Shown here: positions 55,967 to 64,000 of the stretch, piece by piece
How positions within the stretch are numbered: position 1 is the stretch's first letter
How the letters are laid out: each line of letters begins with the position of its first letter
DNA from: Lentisphaerota bacterium
GTDB lineage: Bacteria > Verrucomicrobiota > Lentisphaeria > Victivallales > UBA1829
Length of the DNA stretch: 64,000 nt
Direction: 5' to 3'
Assembly: GCA_015061845.1 (NCBI GenBank)
Contig: SUVT01000002.1
Location: forward strand, 4,057 to 68,056
Translations under genes and position numbers: made by a program
The notes under the pieces: model-generated
Database searches by the model: none
Told to the model about the DNA's origin: nothing
What the model saw: the letters and a program-made list of their open reading frames with translations, nothing else

Positions 55967-56695
55967 ATGAAGATTATGCGTCGGAAGTTCACCTTGATCG
56001 AATTGCTCGTAGTGATTGCAATTATCGCCATCCTTGCAGGAATGCTTTTGCCAGCATTAAACAATGCCAGAGAGAGCGCAAGAGTTTCCAAGTGTACCAA
56101 CAATCACAAGCAGATCGGCACCTATGCAATGATGTATGCCGGTGATTGCGGAGGCTGGGGATTACCGTTACTCTCTACAACTTCGCCAGGGATAAACATC
56201 AATTATTTCTATCCCGGAGTTCAGTTGTATGGTATTATCAAGTATGATCTTATGAAACCTCAACTGGTTGCTGATCTGTTTTGCTGTCCTTCCGCAACGG
56301 ATCCGAATTCAAAATACGTATATGCTGAATCTAACGGTTCCAAAATCAAAATTTATGATATGATCGTAGAAAATAACTACCGGAGCTCCTATCGTTCCGT
56401 TCCTCTGCTTGTCCGTAATTTTAACTACGGTGGAGCAAAGACTAACTCCGTCGGAGCACAAATGGTGCTTTTCCACAAAATAACGACCTCAAATGATGGA
56501 AAAGTTCTTTCTCCCAGCAAGACTGCGTATGTTGCAGATTGTCCGTTCGACCAGGCATGGTTCCACAAAGACCGTCTGAATGTTCTCTACTGTGATGGTT
56601 CTGCCGCAGTGAAAACCAAAAATTCCATTACTGGAGTCACCTGGCCCGTAAGCGGTAGTGCCTGGACATTCAATATGAGCAAACTTGATCGATAA
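55967..56695 (+). CDS. prepilin-type N-terminal cleavage/methylation-domain protein with H-X9-DG motif (DUF1559-like)
   Basis: [36 protein letters not shown]-terminus. C-terminal [12 protein letters not shown] reads as H-X9-DG. Confidence 0.85.
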   Translation: MKIMRRKFTLIELLVVIAIIAILAGMLLPALNNARESARVSKCTNNHKQIGTYAMMYAGDCGGWGLPLLSTTSPGININYFYPGVQLYGIIKYDLMKPQLVADLFCCPSATDPNSKYVYAESNGSKIKIYDMIVENNYRSSYRSVPLLVRNFNYGGAKTNSVGAQMVLFHKITTSNDGKVLSPSKTAYVADCPFDQAWFHKDRLNVLYCDGSAAVKTKNSITGVTWPVSGSAWTFNMSKLDR

Positions 56696-56720
56696 TTTTT
56701 AAGCATCAGGAGAAATAATA

Positions 56721-57674
56721 ATGAACTTGAAACATCTTGCTGCTGTAAGTATTGCAGCAATCACCGCCGTATCTTTTGCCCAGAATCCACTCGACCAGAT
56801 CAAAGGATTGGCTCAGGAATCTTCAAAAGTAAAACTTGATTTCAAACAGAATAAAAGAGTGCTGAAAGCAAATCAGCCGCCGTACTGCACAGATAATTAT
56901 ACCTTTGTGACACCTTCCAATAAACTGACGGTCTATTATCATTATTTCATGAATCAGCCGCCGGAATTTACCGGAAAACATCCTGCGCTGCTGCACTCTC
57001 TCGGTGGTATCGGACTGTCCGGAAAATCTTTTGCTTTCTGGTACTACGGCGGAATGATTCGTATTTATGTCAATAACATTGATATCATGCAGCAAAAGAT
57101 TGCCAAAGTTTCAACGAAATGCGGAAAGAACGGGAACATTGAATTTGTTTGGAACTGGGGCAAGGCGTCCAAGTTTACGCTTCAATTGATCGTTCCCTCG
57201 GAAGGAAACCGTGTTTATGCCCGTCTGATTCCTGAAATATCTCCTCTGGATAAGAAAGTAAATCATATCAAAATCAGATTGACCGGCTACCCGGGCGGTT
57301 TCGGTCCGGCCTATAAACAGCCCTCTCACCGCTATGTAAAATTTTCCGATGGCAAGGAAGAAATTCTTGATGCCGGAAAAATCATGAAGAAACAAATCAC
57401 TTTGCCGGGTGATGTAAAATGGGCTTTTCTGGCGGATAAACTCCAGAAAAAAGGAGCCATCGGATTTGTTCTTGAAAAGATTGCCGGAGGGAATCACAAT
57501 CTGAATCTGAGCAGCTATGGATCATCATTCTATCTGAATTATCAGGGGTGCCCGAAAGCTGTCAACTTCGCGCTCTATGCCTTTGAAACAACGAATGAAG
57601 TTTCCTTCAACACTTTTAAGAACAGAGCCTCTTCTGACTATCAGGAAATGCTTTCCATCAAGTACGGAGAATAA
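56721..57674 (+). CDS. hypothetical secreted protein
   Basis: 317 aa with signal peptide MNLKHLAAVSIAAITAVSFAQ. AGGAGA RBS. No family recognised. Confidence 0.55.
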   Translation: MNLKHLAAVSIAAITAVSFAQNPLDQIKGLAQESSKVKLDFKQNKRVLKANQPPYCTDNYTFVTPSNKLTVYYHYFMNQPPEFTGKHPALLHSLGGIGLSGKSFAFWYYGGMIRIYVNNIDIMQQKIAKVSTKCGKNGNIEFVWNWGKASKFTLQLIVPSEGNRVYARLIPEISPLDKKVNHIKIRLTGYPGGFGPAYKQPSHRYVKFSDGKEEILDAGKIMKKQITLPGDVKWAFLADKLQKKGAIGFVLEKIAGGNHNLNLSSYGSSFYLNYQGCPKAVNFALYAFETTNEVSFNTFKNRASSDYQEMLSIKYGE

Positions 57675-57679
57675 CGACT

Positions 57680-60600
57680 ATGAACAAATCACTCTTTGCT
57701 GCCGGAGCAGCTGCACTCTTTGCGGGGATCTCTGTTCAGGCAGCCCCGCACCCACTCGGACTTGACGAAAACCAGCCCTACGGCATTTTATCAGACAAGT
57801 ATGTCACGCCCCATGTGAAATGGGCAAAACCTTACGCCGGAAAGAAGCTGCGGGTTCTTGTTCTCGCTCCGATTTCCACCCAGCGTGAAACTGTCGAACT
57901 TGCTCAGCGCATGGATATTGAATTTGACGGATGGATGACACAGGATTTCAAGGAGATGGAAAAATCCGGCTCCAGTGATTTCTGCTCCGCATTTTTCTGC
58001 GCTCCCGGCTCCGTTATGACAGCTGCACTCAAACAGAAGCTGCAGAGCAGACACGATGTTTATGTCGTTGGAAAAATTTTCTGGGATATCATTCCGGCAG
58101 ATTCCCGTATCAAAATTCTGGAACGGGTCGCCGGCGGTGCCGGTCTGGTGATCATCAACCCCTTGAAAACTCATCCGGAGCTTGATATCATCAAAAAACA
58201 GCCCGCAATTCCCGGAGGTGTCGAGTACATCAGCAGTGCCATTCCAGCAGAAGCTCTTGCGCCGTTCAAGATGGCAAAGAATGAAATCAAAGCACTCTCT
58301 TTCGGAAAAGGAAGAGTTGTGATCATGGATTTCGGAGAAACGATCAGAAGTTATCAGGATAGCAAACGCTTTTTCATGCCTTCCCTGACTCCCATCTGGG
58401 ATAATACAGATAAACAGGTCCATTGGCAGGAGACAGATTCTGAATCCAAAATTCTGAAAGTTCCTTATGAATATGCAATGGTACAGGTTGCCCGTGCAGT
58501 TCTCTGGAGCGGAAAAAATGAAAATAAAACGCCAGTGAATGTCTCCATGTCTGGAAAGATCCCGGCAGGAAAAGTTGCATCATTCCGGATGGAAAAGCCC
58601 TTCAAAGCTGCAGTCCGTGATTTACGCGCAGCTGGGATCAAAATGGATCTCGGCGGCAGCAATCAGATCCCCGCCCTTCCCTGCGGACAATATATGCTGG
58701 ATGTTTGGAAACTGGATGCTCAGGGAAAGATCGTAAACTGGAAAACGGTTCCGTTTACCGCAGTTTCAGACGTCGAAGTTTCCTCTGTAAAGCTGGATAA
58801 ATTGCAGTATGAATCCGGGGAAAAAGTTACCGGAACCATCACGTTCAAGGGAACAAAGCCCGCTGTAAAAGATATTTCTGTCGTTATGTTTGACAATCTG
58901 GAACGGCAGGTATCACTTCCGGGAACTGTCAAACTCAATGCCGACGGCACTGTAAAATTCACGGTTCAGCCGATGAAAGCGGATGTTCCCCTGCATAAGA
59001 TCAGAGTGAATATCAGCAAAAACGGTGCAATTGTTGCCAATAAGGATTACATGTTTCCTGTCCGTACGAAACCACGCCACAGATTCGTGGAAGTTGTATG
59101 GGGATCCTGGTATAACAGTCCATTCTGTCATTTCATGATCGAAAAATTGAAAAAAGACAATGCGACAGATGTTCTGATGATCGTCTGGTCAGGCGCATCT
59201 TCCGCATACAATGTTGCAAGAGGCAATGCAAACTCTCTTCTTTATGGAGCCCGTTACGGTGTCTTCGGTAAAACAAAAGACCACATCCACAAAGTCCGGA
59301 ATCGCGCAGACTGCGGATGTATGAACAATCCGAACGTTCTGAAGGCAACCCGAAAAACCATGAACCGCTTTGTCAAGGTTCACGGACCTTATGGCCCTGC
59401 CGGGTACACACATGGCGATGAAACGTTCTACTCCACTGACCCCAGTTCCTGCCGCTGTCAGTATTGTCTTGCAAAACTGCGGAATTATCTGAAGAAAAAG
59501 TTTGTCACCATTGAAAAACTCAACGCAGCCTACAAGACAGATTACAAGACTTTTGAAGAAATCGATCCCCCTGTTTACGAAGAAGCCAAAAAGAGCGGAA
59601 AGTATGGACTCTGGCTGGCGCACCGTGAGATGGCAGCTGTTACACTCCATGACTTTTTCCGGGCAACGCAGGATTATTTGAGAGAGGCAGGCGATCCCAC
59701 TGCACAGGCAGGGTTTGACGGAATACAGGGTCCCGGAAATCCGAACAGCGGATTGAACATTCCTTATCTCAGCGGAACCCTGGAAAACTTGAATGTTTAT
59801 ACCTACGGCAACACCTCTCTCACCCGTCTGCTGGGAGATTTCACCAAAAAGAATTTTATGACTGGCGGCTGGTACGGCTCTTATGGAGACTCCAATGTGA
59901 TCGGTCATAATAATGTCCCCGCAGCAAATATTTTCCCATACTTCATGCTGCTGAACGGTCTGAACTCATCCTGGTTCTGGACGATGGGATATCCCGGCGG
60001 AGTCAGCGGATTTGCCGGCGACATGACAAGCCTGCCCTATGTGGATGCAAGAACGGAGTCTTTGAAAGAGATCCATACCGGGATCGGGGATATGATCCTT
60101 GACAGCGAAAAGACCACTGACGGCATTGCGATCTGCTATGAGGATCATTCCCGTATTCTTGAAGCAATGTTCTCCAATGATGCACTGGGGACCAAATGGG
60201 TCGATGCAGATGCAAATATCAGAACAGCTTTGGAAGATTCCGGCTATGCGTTCCGCTATGTTCTTGCAGCACAACTGAAAAATGCTGTCCGTAACTGTAA
60301 AGCGATCATTCTTCCCCGCTGCCATATTCTCTCCGATGAAAATATTGCTTTACTGAAATCGTTCGCCGCAAAAGGCGGGCTTCTGATCGCAGATATCATC
60401 CCCGGAGAATATGACGAGTTCGGAAACAAGCGGGCTTCTTCTCCTCTTGCGGATCTTTTCAAATCCGGAAAGAATGCGGTTCTTATCGGGGATATGCTGA
60501 ATGGCTACCGCAATCAGCGTACCGATAAGGTCTGTTGGAAGAATAAAGTTCCGCTGAAAGGATGGAAACTCGGAGAAATCCTCAAAAAAGCAGGTATCGA

Positions 60601-61159
60601 ACCGCGTTTCAAAGTTTCTTCCGTTGACGGAAAACAGTTCCCGCAGCCGAGCGTTTACTCTTTCGCAAATGGAAATGTCCAGTATGTCGGATTGCTCCGG
60701 GACTATTGGCTGATCGATACCGGTACATACAAACTGAAAATGACAATGCCTTCTTCTGCTTATGTTTATGACAGCCGTGCAGGCAAGTTCATGGGCAAAG
60801 GAAAAAGCGTTGTCTTTTCACAGGATTACCACACGGTTCTGTTCACCCTGCTGCCGGGAAAGGTTGGCAAAGTATCTTTGAATCATGCCGGAAATGTCAA
60901 AGCCGGGGAAACGGTCAAGGTCAAAGTATCTATGGAAATGGCGGAAGGGAAACTGCCCGATGCAGGAGCTTACCGGCTTCAGGTTTACGCCCCCAGCGGC
61001 AAACTTCTGACAGAATATGAACGTTCTGCTTCTGCAAAGCTCGGAAAAGCAGAACTGGAATTCCGGACCGCGTTCAACCAGAAACCCGGGAAATACCGTC
61101 TTATTATCCGTGATGCCGCAACGGGTGTCCGGGCAGAAAGTTTTGTTGAGGTGAAATAA
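57680..61159 (+). CDS. large secreted GH42-like (beta-galactosidase-family-like) multidomain protein
   Basis: Signal peptide MNKSLFAAGAAALFAGISVQA. The central segment GYTHGDETFYSTDPSSCRCQYCLAKLRNYLKKKFVTIEKLNAAYKTDYKTFEEIDPP resembles the GH42 Cys-cluster/'W-L-x-x-Y-G-x-L-x-x-L-N-x-A-W' region. AIILPRCHILSDENIALLKSFAAKGGLLIAD resembles a GH42 trimerisation/GATase-like domain. Confidence 0.55.
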   Translation: MNKSLFAAGAAALFAGISVQAAPHPLGLDENQPYGILSDKYVTPHVKWAKPYAGKKLRVLVLAPISTQRETVELAQRMDIEFDGWMTQDFKEMEKSGSSDFCSAFFCAPGSVMTAALKQKLQSRHDVYVVGKIFWDIIPADSRIKILERVAGGAGLVIINPLKTHPELDIIKKQPAIPGGVEYISSAIPAEALAPFKMAKNEIKALSFGKGRVVIMDFGETIRSYQDSKRFFMPSLTPIWDNTDKQVHWQETDSESKILKVPYEYAMVQVARAVLWSGKNENKTPVNVSMSGKIPAGKVASFRMEKPFKAAVRDLRAAGIKMDLGGSNQIPALPCGQYMLDVWKLDAQGKIVNWKTVPFTAVSDVEVSSVKLDKLQYESGEKVTGTITFKGTKPAVKDISVVMFDNLERQVSLPGTVKLNADGTVKFTVQPMKADVPLHKIRVNISKNGAIVANKDYMFPVRTKPRHRFVEVVWGSWYNSPFCHFMIEKLKKDNATDVLMIVWSGASSAYNVARGNANSLLYGARYGVFGKTKDHIHKVRNRADCGCMNNPNVLKATRKTMNRFVKVHGPYGPAGYTHGDETFYSTDPSSCRCQYCLAKLRNYLKKKFVTIEKLNAAYKTDYKTFEEIDPPVYEEAKKSGKYGLWLAHREMAAVTLHDFFRATQDYLREAGDPTAQAGFDGIQGPGNPNSGLNIPYLSGTLENLNVYTYGNTSLTRLLGDFTKKNFMTGGWYGSYGDSNVIGHNNVPAANIFPYFMLLNGLNSSWFWTMGYPGGVSGFAGDMTSLPYVDARTESLKEIHTGIGDMILDSEKTTDGIAICYEDHSRILEAMFSNDALGTKWVDADANIRTALEDSGYAFRYVLAAQLKNAVRNCKAIILPRCHILSDENIALLKSFAAKGGLLIADIIPGEYDEFGNKRASSPLADLFKSGKNAVLIGDMLNGYRNQRTDKVCWKNKVPLKGWKLGEILKKAGIEPRFKVSSVDGKQFPQPSVYSFANGNVQYVGLLRDYWLIDTGTYKLKMTMPSSAYVYDSRAGKFMGKGKSVVFSQDYHTVLFTLLPGKVGKVSLNHAGNVKAGETVKVKVSMEMAEGKLPDAGAYRLQVYAPSGKLLTEYERSASAKLGKAELEFRTAFNQKPGKYRLIIRDAATGVRAESFVEVK

Positions 61160-62073
61160 TGCGTTATACTGCACTTTTAACTGTGATGATCGGAATTCTC
61201 GGCTGCGCCGCCAATGGCGCACCGAAACCGCCGCCGCATGTTCCTTTTGAACCCTTGATCTTTGCGGTGAAAGCCGACACAAAAATGATTGTTGATGGCA
61301 AAGATACGGAAGCATGTTACTCAAAAGCCCCCAGATCAAGCAATTTTGTAACGATCTCCGGAGAGAAAATCGCTCCGACTTCCAATGTCCGCGTGGTGTA
61401 TGATGACGCGAAAATCTACTTCTTCTACGACTGCTATGAACTGCCTGATGCAGAACCTGCCCGCCCCACGGACTCCGTCGAGCTGTTTATCAACGGAACG
61501 GAAAGCGACAGAAGTTTCTACTATCAGATCTATGCGGCCCTGAATGGTAATTATGTCGTCAACAAGAAGCGGAAAAGATTTGAAGACCCTGTCGGTCTGC
61601 AGGGTTTTGAAGTAAAATTCCAGAGAAAGGGAAAGGGATTCACCTGCGAAATCGCAATTTCCAGAGCGATGTTTTCTCAAGACCCCAATTTCCTCTGGCG
61701 TGTCAATTTCAACCGCAGCCGTCCGAGAAATGACTACCCGAAAATGTTCACTTGCTGGTCCCCGACCGGAGCGGATTTCCATACGCCCCAGAGATTCGGC
61801 TACATGATCCTCGGAGACAAAAAGTCCTTCATCAAAGGATATTACGGAACCAAGGCAAAAGAAAAAATGGCTTCGATCCAGGCAATGGCAAAAAAATATC
61901 CGAAGATCATCAAAGCAGCGGACTTTAATAAACTTGAAAAAGAATTCAAAGCATTTGAAAAATCTCTTTCCGGTGAGCCGGAACTCAAAGACGGAGAAAA
62001 ATTGCTCTCTGCACTTGAAAAGTTCTCCTCTGAAATGTCCATGAAACTGATCATGAATAATTTCGGAAATTGA
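61159..62073 (+). CDS. secreted carbohydrate-binding family 9-like (CBM9/DOMON-like) protein
   Basis: MIVDGKDTEACYSKAP...VVYDDAKIYFFYDCYE...ELFINGTESDRSFYYQIY...FTCEIAISRAMF is a CBM9-like pattern. Its ATG shares one nt with the upstream TAA. Confidence 0.6.
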   Translation: MRYTALLTVMIGILGCAANGAPKPPPHVPFEPLIFAVKADTKMIVDGKDTEACYSKAPRSSNFVTISGEKIAPTSNVRVVYDDAKIYFFYDCYELPDAEPARPTDSVELFINGTESDRSFYYQIYAALNGNYVVNKKRKRFEDPVGLQGFEVKFQRKGKGFTCEIAISRAMFSQDPNFLWRVNFNRSRPRNDYPKMFTCWSPTGADFHTPQRFGYMILGDKKSFIKGYYGTKAKEKMASIQAMAKKYPKIIKAADFNKLEKEFKAFEKSLSGEPELKDGEKLLSALEKFSSEMSMKLIMNNFGN

Positions 62074-62080
62074 TCCTGCC

Positions 62081-62116
62081 GCAATACAATGATTCAGTAA
62101 AAGATCATTGTATTGC
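62081..62116 (+). terminator. 13-bp perfect hairpin after the operon (terminator-like, no T-run)
   Basis: GCAATACAATGAT (62081-62093) and ATCATTGTATTGC (62104-62116) with a 10-nt loop, followed by TGGAACATG rather than a U-tract. Confidence 0.4.
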
Positions 62117-62203
62117 TGGAACATGACCTGTCTTTTAAGAGCATTTTATACGGGATCCGTCTGGTTGCAGAGATGTTTTCCGTCTCTTCCCGTTCAGCAG
62201 CTC

Positions 62204-63229
62204 TCAGGGACGGGTCATTTCTTCCATATTGACCAGTTCGGTTTCTATTTCGATTTTTCCTGAAGAGATATAATCCGGATCATTGATCAAATTGAGCAAT
62301 TCATTAACACTTTGCATTCCGATTTCTTCCGGATGCTGTTCTACACTGGGAAATTTTATCTGCCCACAAGAGTGTTCCACATTTCCAAAGCCGGTAATAC
62401 AGAGTTTCCGTTCCGGCATCAAAAGTGCTTTCGCCTGTAACAGTTTATTCGCAATATTATCAGAATCAACCATGATCGCAGTTGTTTCCGGGAAGAGTTT
62501 CATCATTTTCTTAAACATGAATTTTATAGATGTCAAGTCCAGAATCGCTTCATGAAAGACTCTTTTCTGAACATTTTTGATCCCGTGTTTTTCCAATGTA
62601 TCACGGAACCCCCGAACCCGTTCAGCCCGGGAGATTTCCAATTCACCGTAAGAGGTATAAATCAGGATCTCGCGGTGTCCATACGACAGAACTTTTTCTG
62701 TCATATCCGCTGCACCTTTGTAGTTTGTACAGGTTACGGAAGACTTTACATTTCCCCCTAAATCATATCCGTTATCGACATAAACGACCGGGAGCGTAAA
62801 AGATGACGGAATAAGTCCGATATTGGAAACCAGAAGTCCACGAAAATCTGAATTGGCGATCTTATCAAGAACATGATTGATCGACTCCGCCCCCGGAGAG
62901 AAAATACTGACAGCATAATTCTTCTGGAAAGCAGCCATCTGGAGTCCGTTCAGAATTCTGCTGTGATACAAAGAATTGATGGATCCCAGATAGGCAAGGT
63001 GTCCGATCGGAAAAGGAAAACTTTCTGCAACAAAAGTTCCAGCCCCTTTCGGACCGCGATTGAGCAGGCGTTCCGCTACAAGTTGAGTTGTCACTTTGTT
63101 GATCGTCGGTCTTGAGGCATTGAACCGGAGCATCAGCTTATGTTCCGAAGCGAACTTGCTTCCCGGTTTATAATGACCACTCTCCAGTTCTTTTCTCAAA
63201 ACATCCAGTATCTCATCAATTTTTGTCAT
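62204..63229 (-). CDS. AraR-type regulator: GntR-family winged-helix N-terminus + LacI/GalR-type sugar-binding C-terminus
   Basis: GSKFASEHKLMLRFNASRPTINKVTTQLVAERLLNRGPKGAGTFV is a GntR HTH. The remainder (LLVSNIG...VVYVDN...REILIYTS...GFRDTLEKHGI...ITGFGN) is a PBP type-1 sugar-binding fold. Confidence 0.8.
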   Translation of the reverse strand: MTKIDEILDVLRKELESGHYKPGSKFASEHKLMLRFNASRPTINKVTTQLVAERLLNRGPKGAGTFVAESFPFPIGHLAYLGSINSLYHSRILNGLQMAAFQKNYAVSIFSPGAESINHVLDKIANSDFRGLLVSNIGLIPSSFTLPVVYVDNGYDLGGNVKSSVTCTNYKGAADMTEKVLSYGHREILIYTSYGELEISRAERVRGFRDTLEKHGIKNVQKRVFHEAILDLTSIKFMFKKMMKLFPETTAIMVDSDNIANKLLQAKALLMPERKLCITGFGNVEHSCGQIKFPSVEQHPEEIGMQSVNELLNLINDPDYISSGKIEIETELVNMEEMTRP

Positions 63230-63332
63230 AACAAAATCCTTCTATTTTGAAATTGCCTCTTTTATCATTCTTTTTACTATACTGCCAGAAAGCTGTATTA
63301 CAAGTATTTTTTTATTTTTTTTATCATTGCTG

Positions 63333-63361
63333 TTGAAAATAACTGCTGTTATTATTATATT
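63333..63361 (+). promoter_or_regulatory. candidate promoter (TTGAAA-17-TATATT) of the third pilin-like gene
   Basis: TTGAAA 63333-63338, 17-nt spacer, TATATT 63356-63361. Confidence 0.35.
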
Positions 63362-63423
63362 AGCAATGGAATGTAAAAAAAGCGATAAAAAGAAGTAATA
63401 CAACTTTAACAGGAGAATATACC

Positions 63424-64000
63424 ATGAAGGAGAGAATGAGCTCGTCATTTAAGGGACATTCATCCCTGCAGGCAGGGATGAAGCACGCGTGCTTCACGCT
63501 GATTGAACTGCTTGTTGTCATTGCAATCATTGCAATTCTTGCCGGAATGCTTCTGCCTGCGTTGAATAATGCAAGAAGCACCGCAATCACAAAAAATTGC
63601 ACAAGCAATCAGAAAAATGTCGGACTCTATGTTAATATGTACACGACCGACAACAATGGATGGTTGTGTCCGGCGAAAGAAAGCAATGCAAAAGTCAATG
63701 GAAGTACGGTTGTAGACTACTGGTGGTCAATGCGTCTTCAGGATAACGGTTACAGTTCAACCGCAAATCGAACTACGGTTGCGAATGAGTTCCGTTGTCC
63801 TCATGGTGAAATGTCTGGCAGACACTATGGTTTGAGAACCTGCGGACAGGTTACTGTTTCTATAAATTTCAACCGGGGACCGTTTTATATCACAACCACC
63901 GGTGCAATGAAATCCTGGAAAAGTCATTCGGAAATGATTATGATCGGAGATTCCATGTGGAACAGTGCAAATCCGCGACTGAACCACTCACAGCACGGAT
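63424..64000 (+). CDS. prepilin-type N-terminal cleavage/methylation-domain protein (DUF1559-like), 3' end cut by window
   Basis: My own translation, since an open-ended ORF is not in the track: [65 protein letters not shown]... There is no stop up to nt 64000. AGGAGA RBS. The start may instead be the internal MKHAC. Confidence 0.8.
   Translation, partial: MKERMSSSFKGHSSLQAGMKHACFTLIELLVVIAIIAILAGMLLPALNNARSTAITKNCTSNQKNVGLYVNMYTTDNNGWLCPAKESNAKVNGSTVVDYWWSMRLQDNGYSSTANRTTVANEFRCPHGEMSGRHYGLRTCGQVTVSINFNRGPFYITTTGAMKSWKSHSEMIMIGDSMWNSANPRLNHSQHG

Overview
This looks like an origin-proximal chromosomal window, with dnaA at 16012-17430 on the minus strand. I infer a PVC-group bacterium, probably a Lentisphaerota/Victivallales-like glycan forager. 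That inference rests on three prepilin-like '[18 protein letters not shown][LM]LLPALNNAR ... H-X9-DG' proteins, several giant signal-peptide CAZyme-like proteins and mid-40s %GC by eye; I could not check any database. I count about 45 protein genes and saw no rRNA, tRNA, CRISPR array or IS element. Housekeeping genes: a partial ferredoxin-NuoB-like hydrogenase subunit, ftsK, dxs, dnaA, mreC-mreD-mrdA, fmt, RNase G and an ABC exporter. Sugar metabolism genes: uxaC, nagB, a ROK kinase, and a uxaB-uxaA-lacI operon with a textbook promoter/operator. There are three polysaccharide-utilisation-like gene groups. (i) 25579-37061 (-): pilin-like protein, unknown, two heparinase II/III-like proteins (one fused to a TolB-type propeller), unknown, two Gfo/Idh/MocA oxidoreductases. 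(ii) 44776-51255 (-): a CBM9-like giant coupled to a LamG protein, then a separately transcribed unknown TIM-barrel-like gene. (iii) 55967-62073 (+): pilin-like protein, unknown, GH42-like giant, CBM9-like protein, followed by an AraR-type regulator and a third pilin-like gene. The most unusual items are: a six-gene, translationally coupled, signal-peptide-free operon of unrecognisable proteins (9177-14009, -) that includes a PKD/BspA-repeat protein (its fifth gene) and sits between dxs and nagB; a 243-bp nested inverted-repeat (MITE-like) element at 55460-55702; three perfect TTGACA-17-TATAAT promoters in front of CAZyme operons; and prepilin-like proteins that all lack the -1 glycine. I judge many very long antisense ORFs in the supplied track, including the 1779-aa one, to be artefacts.
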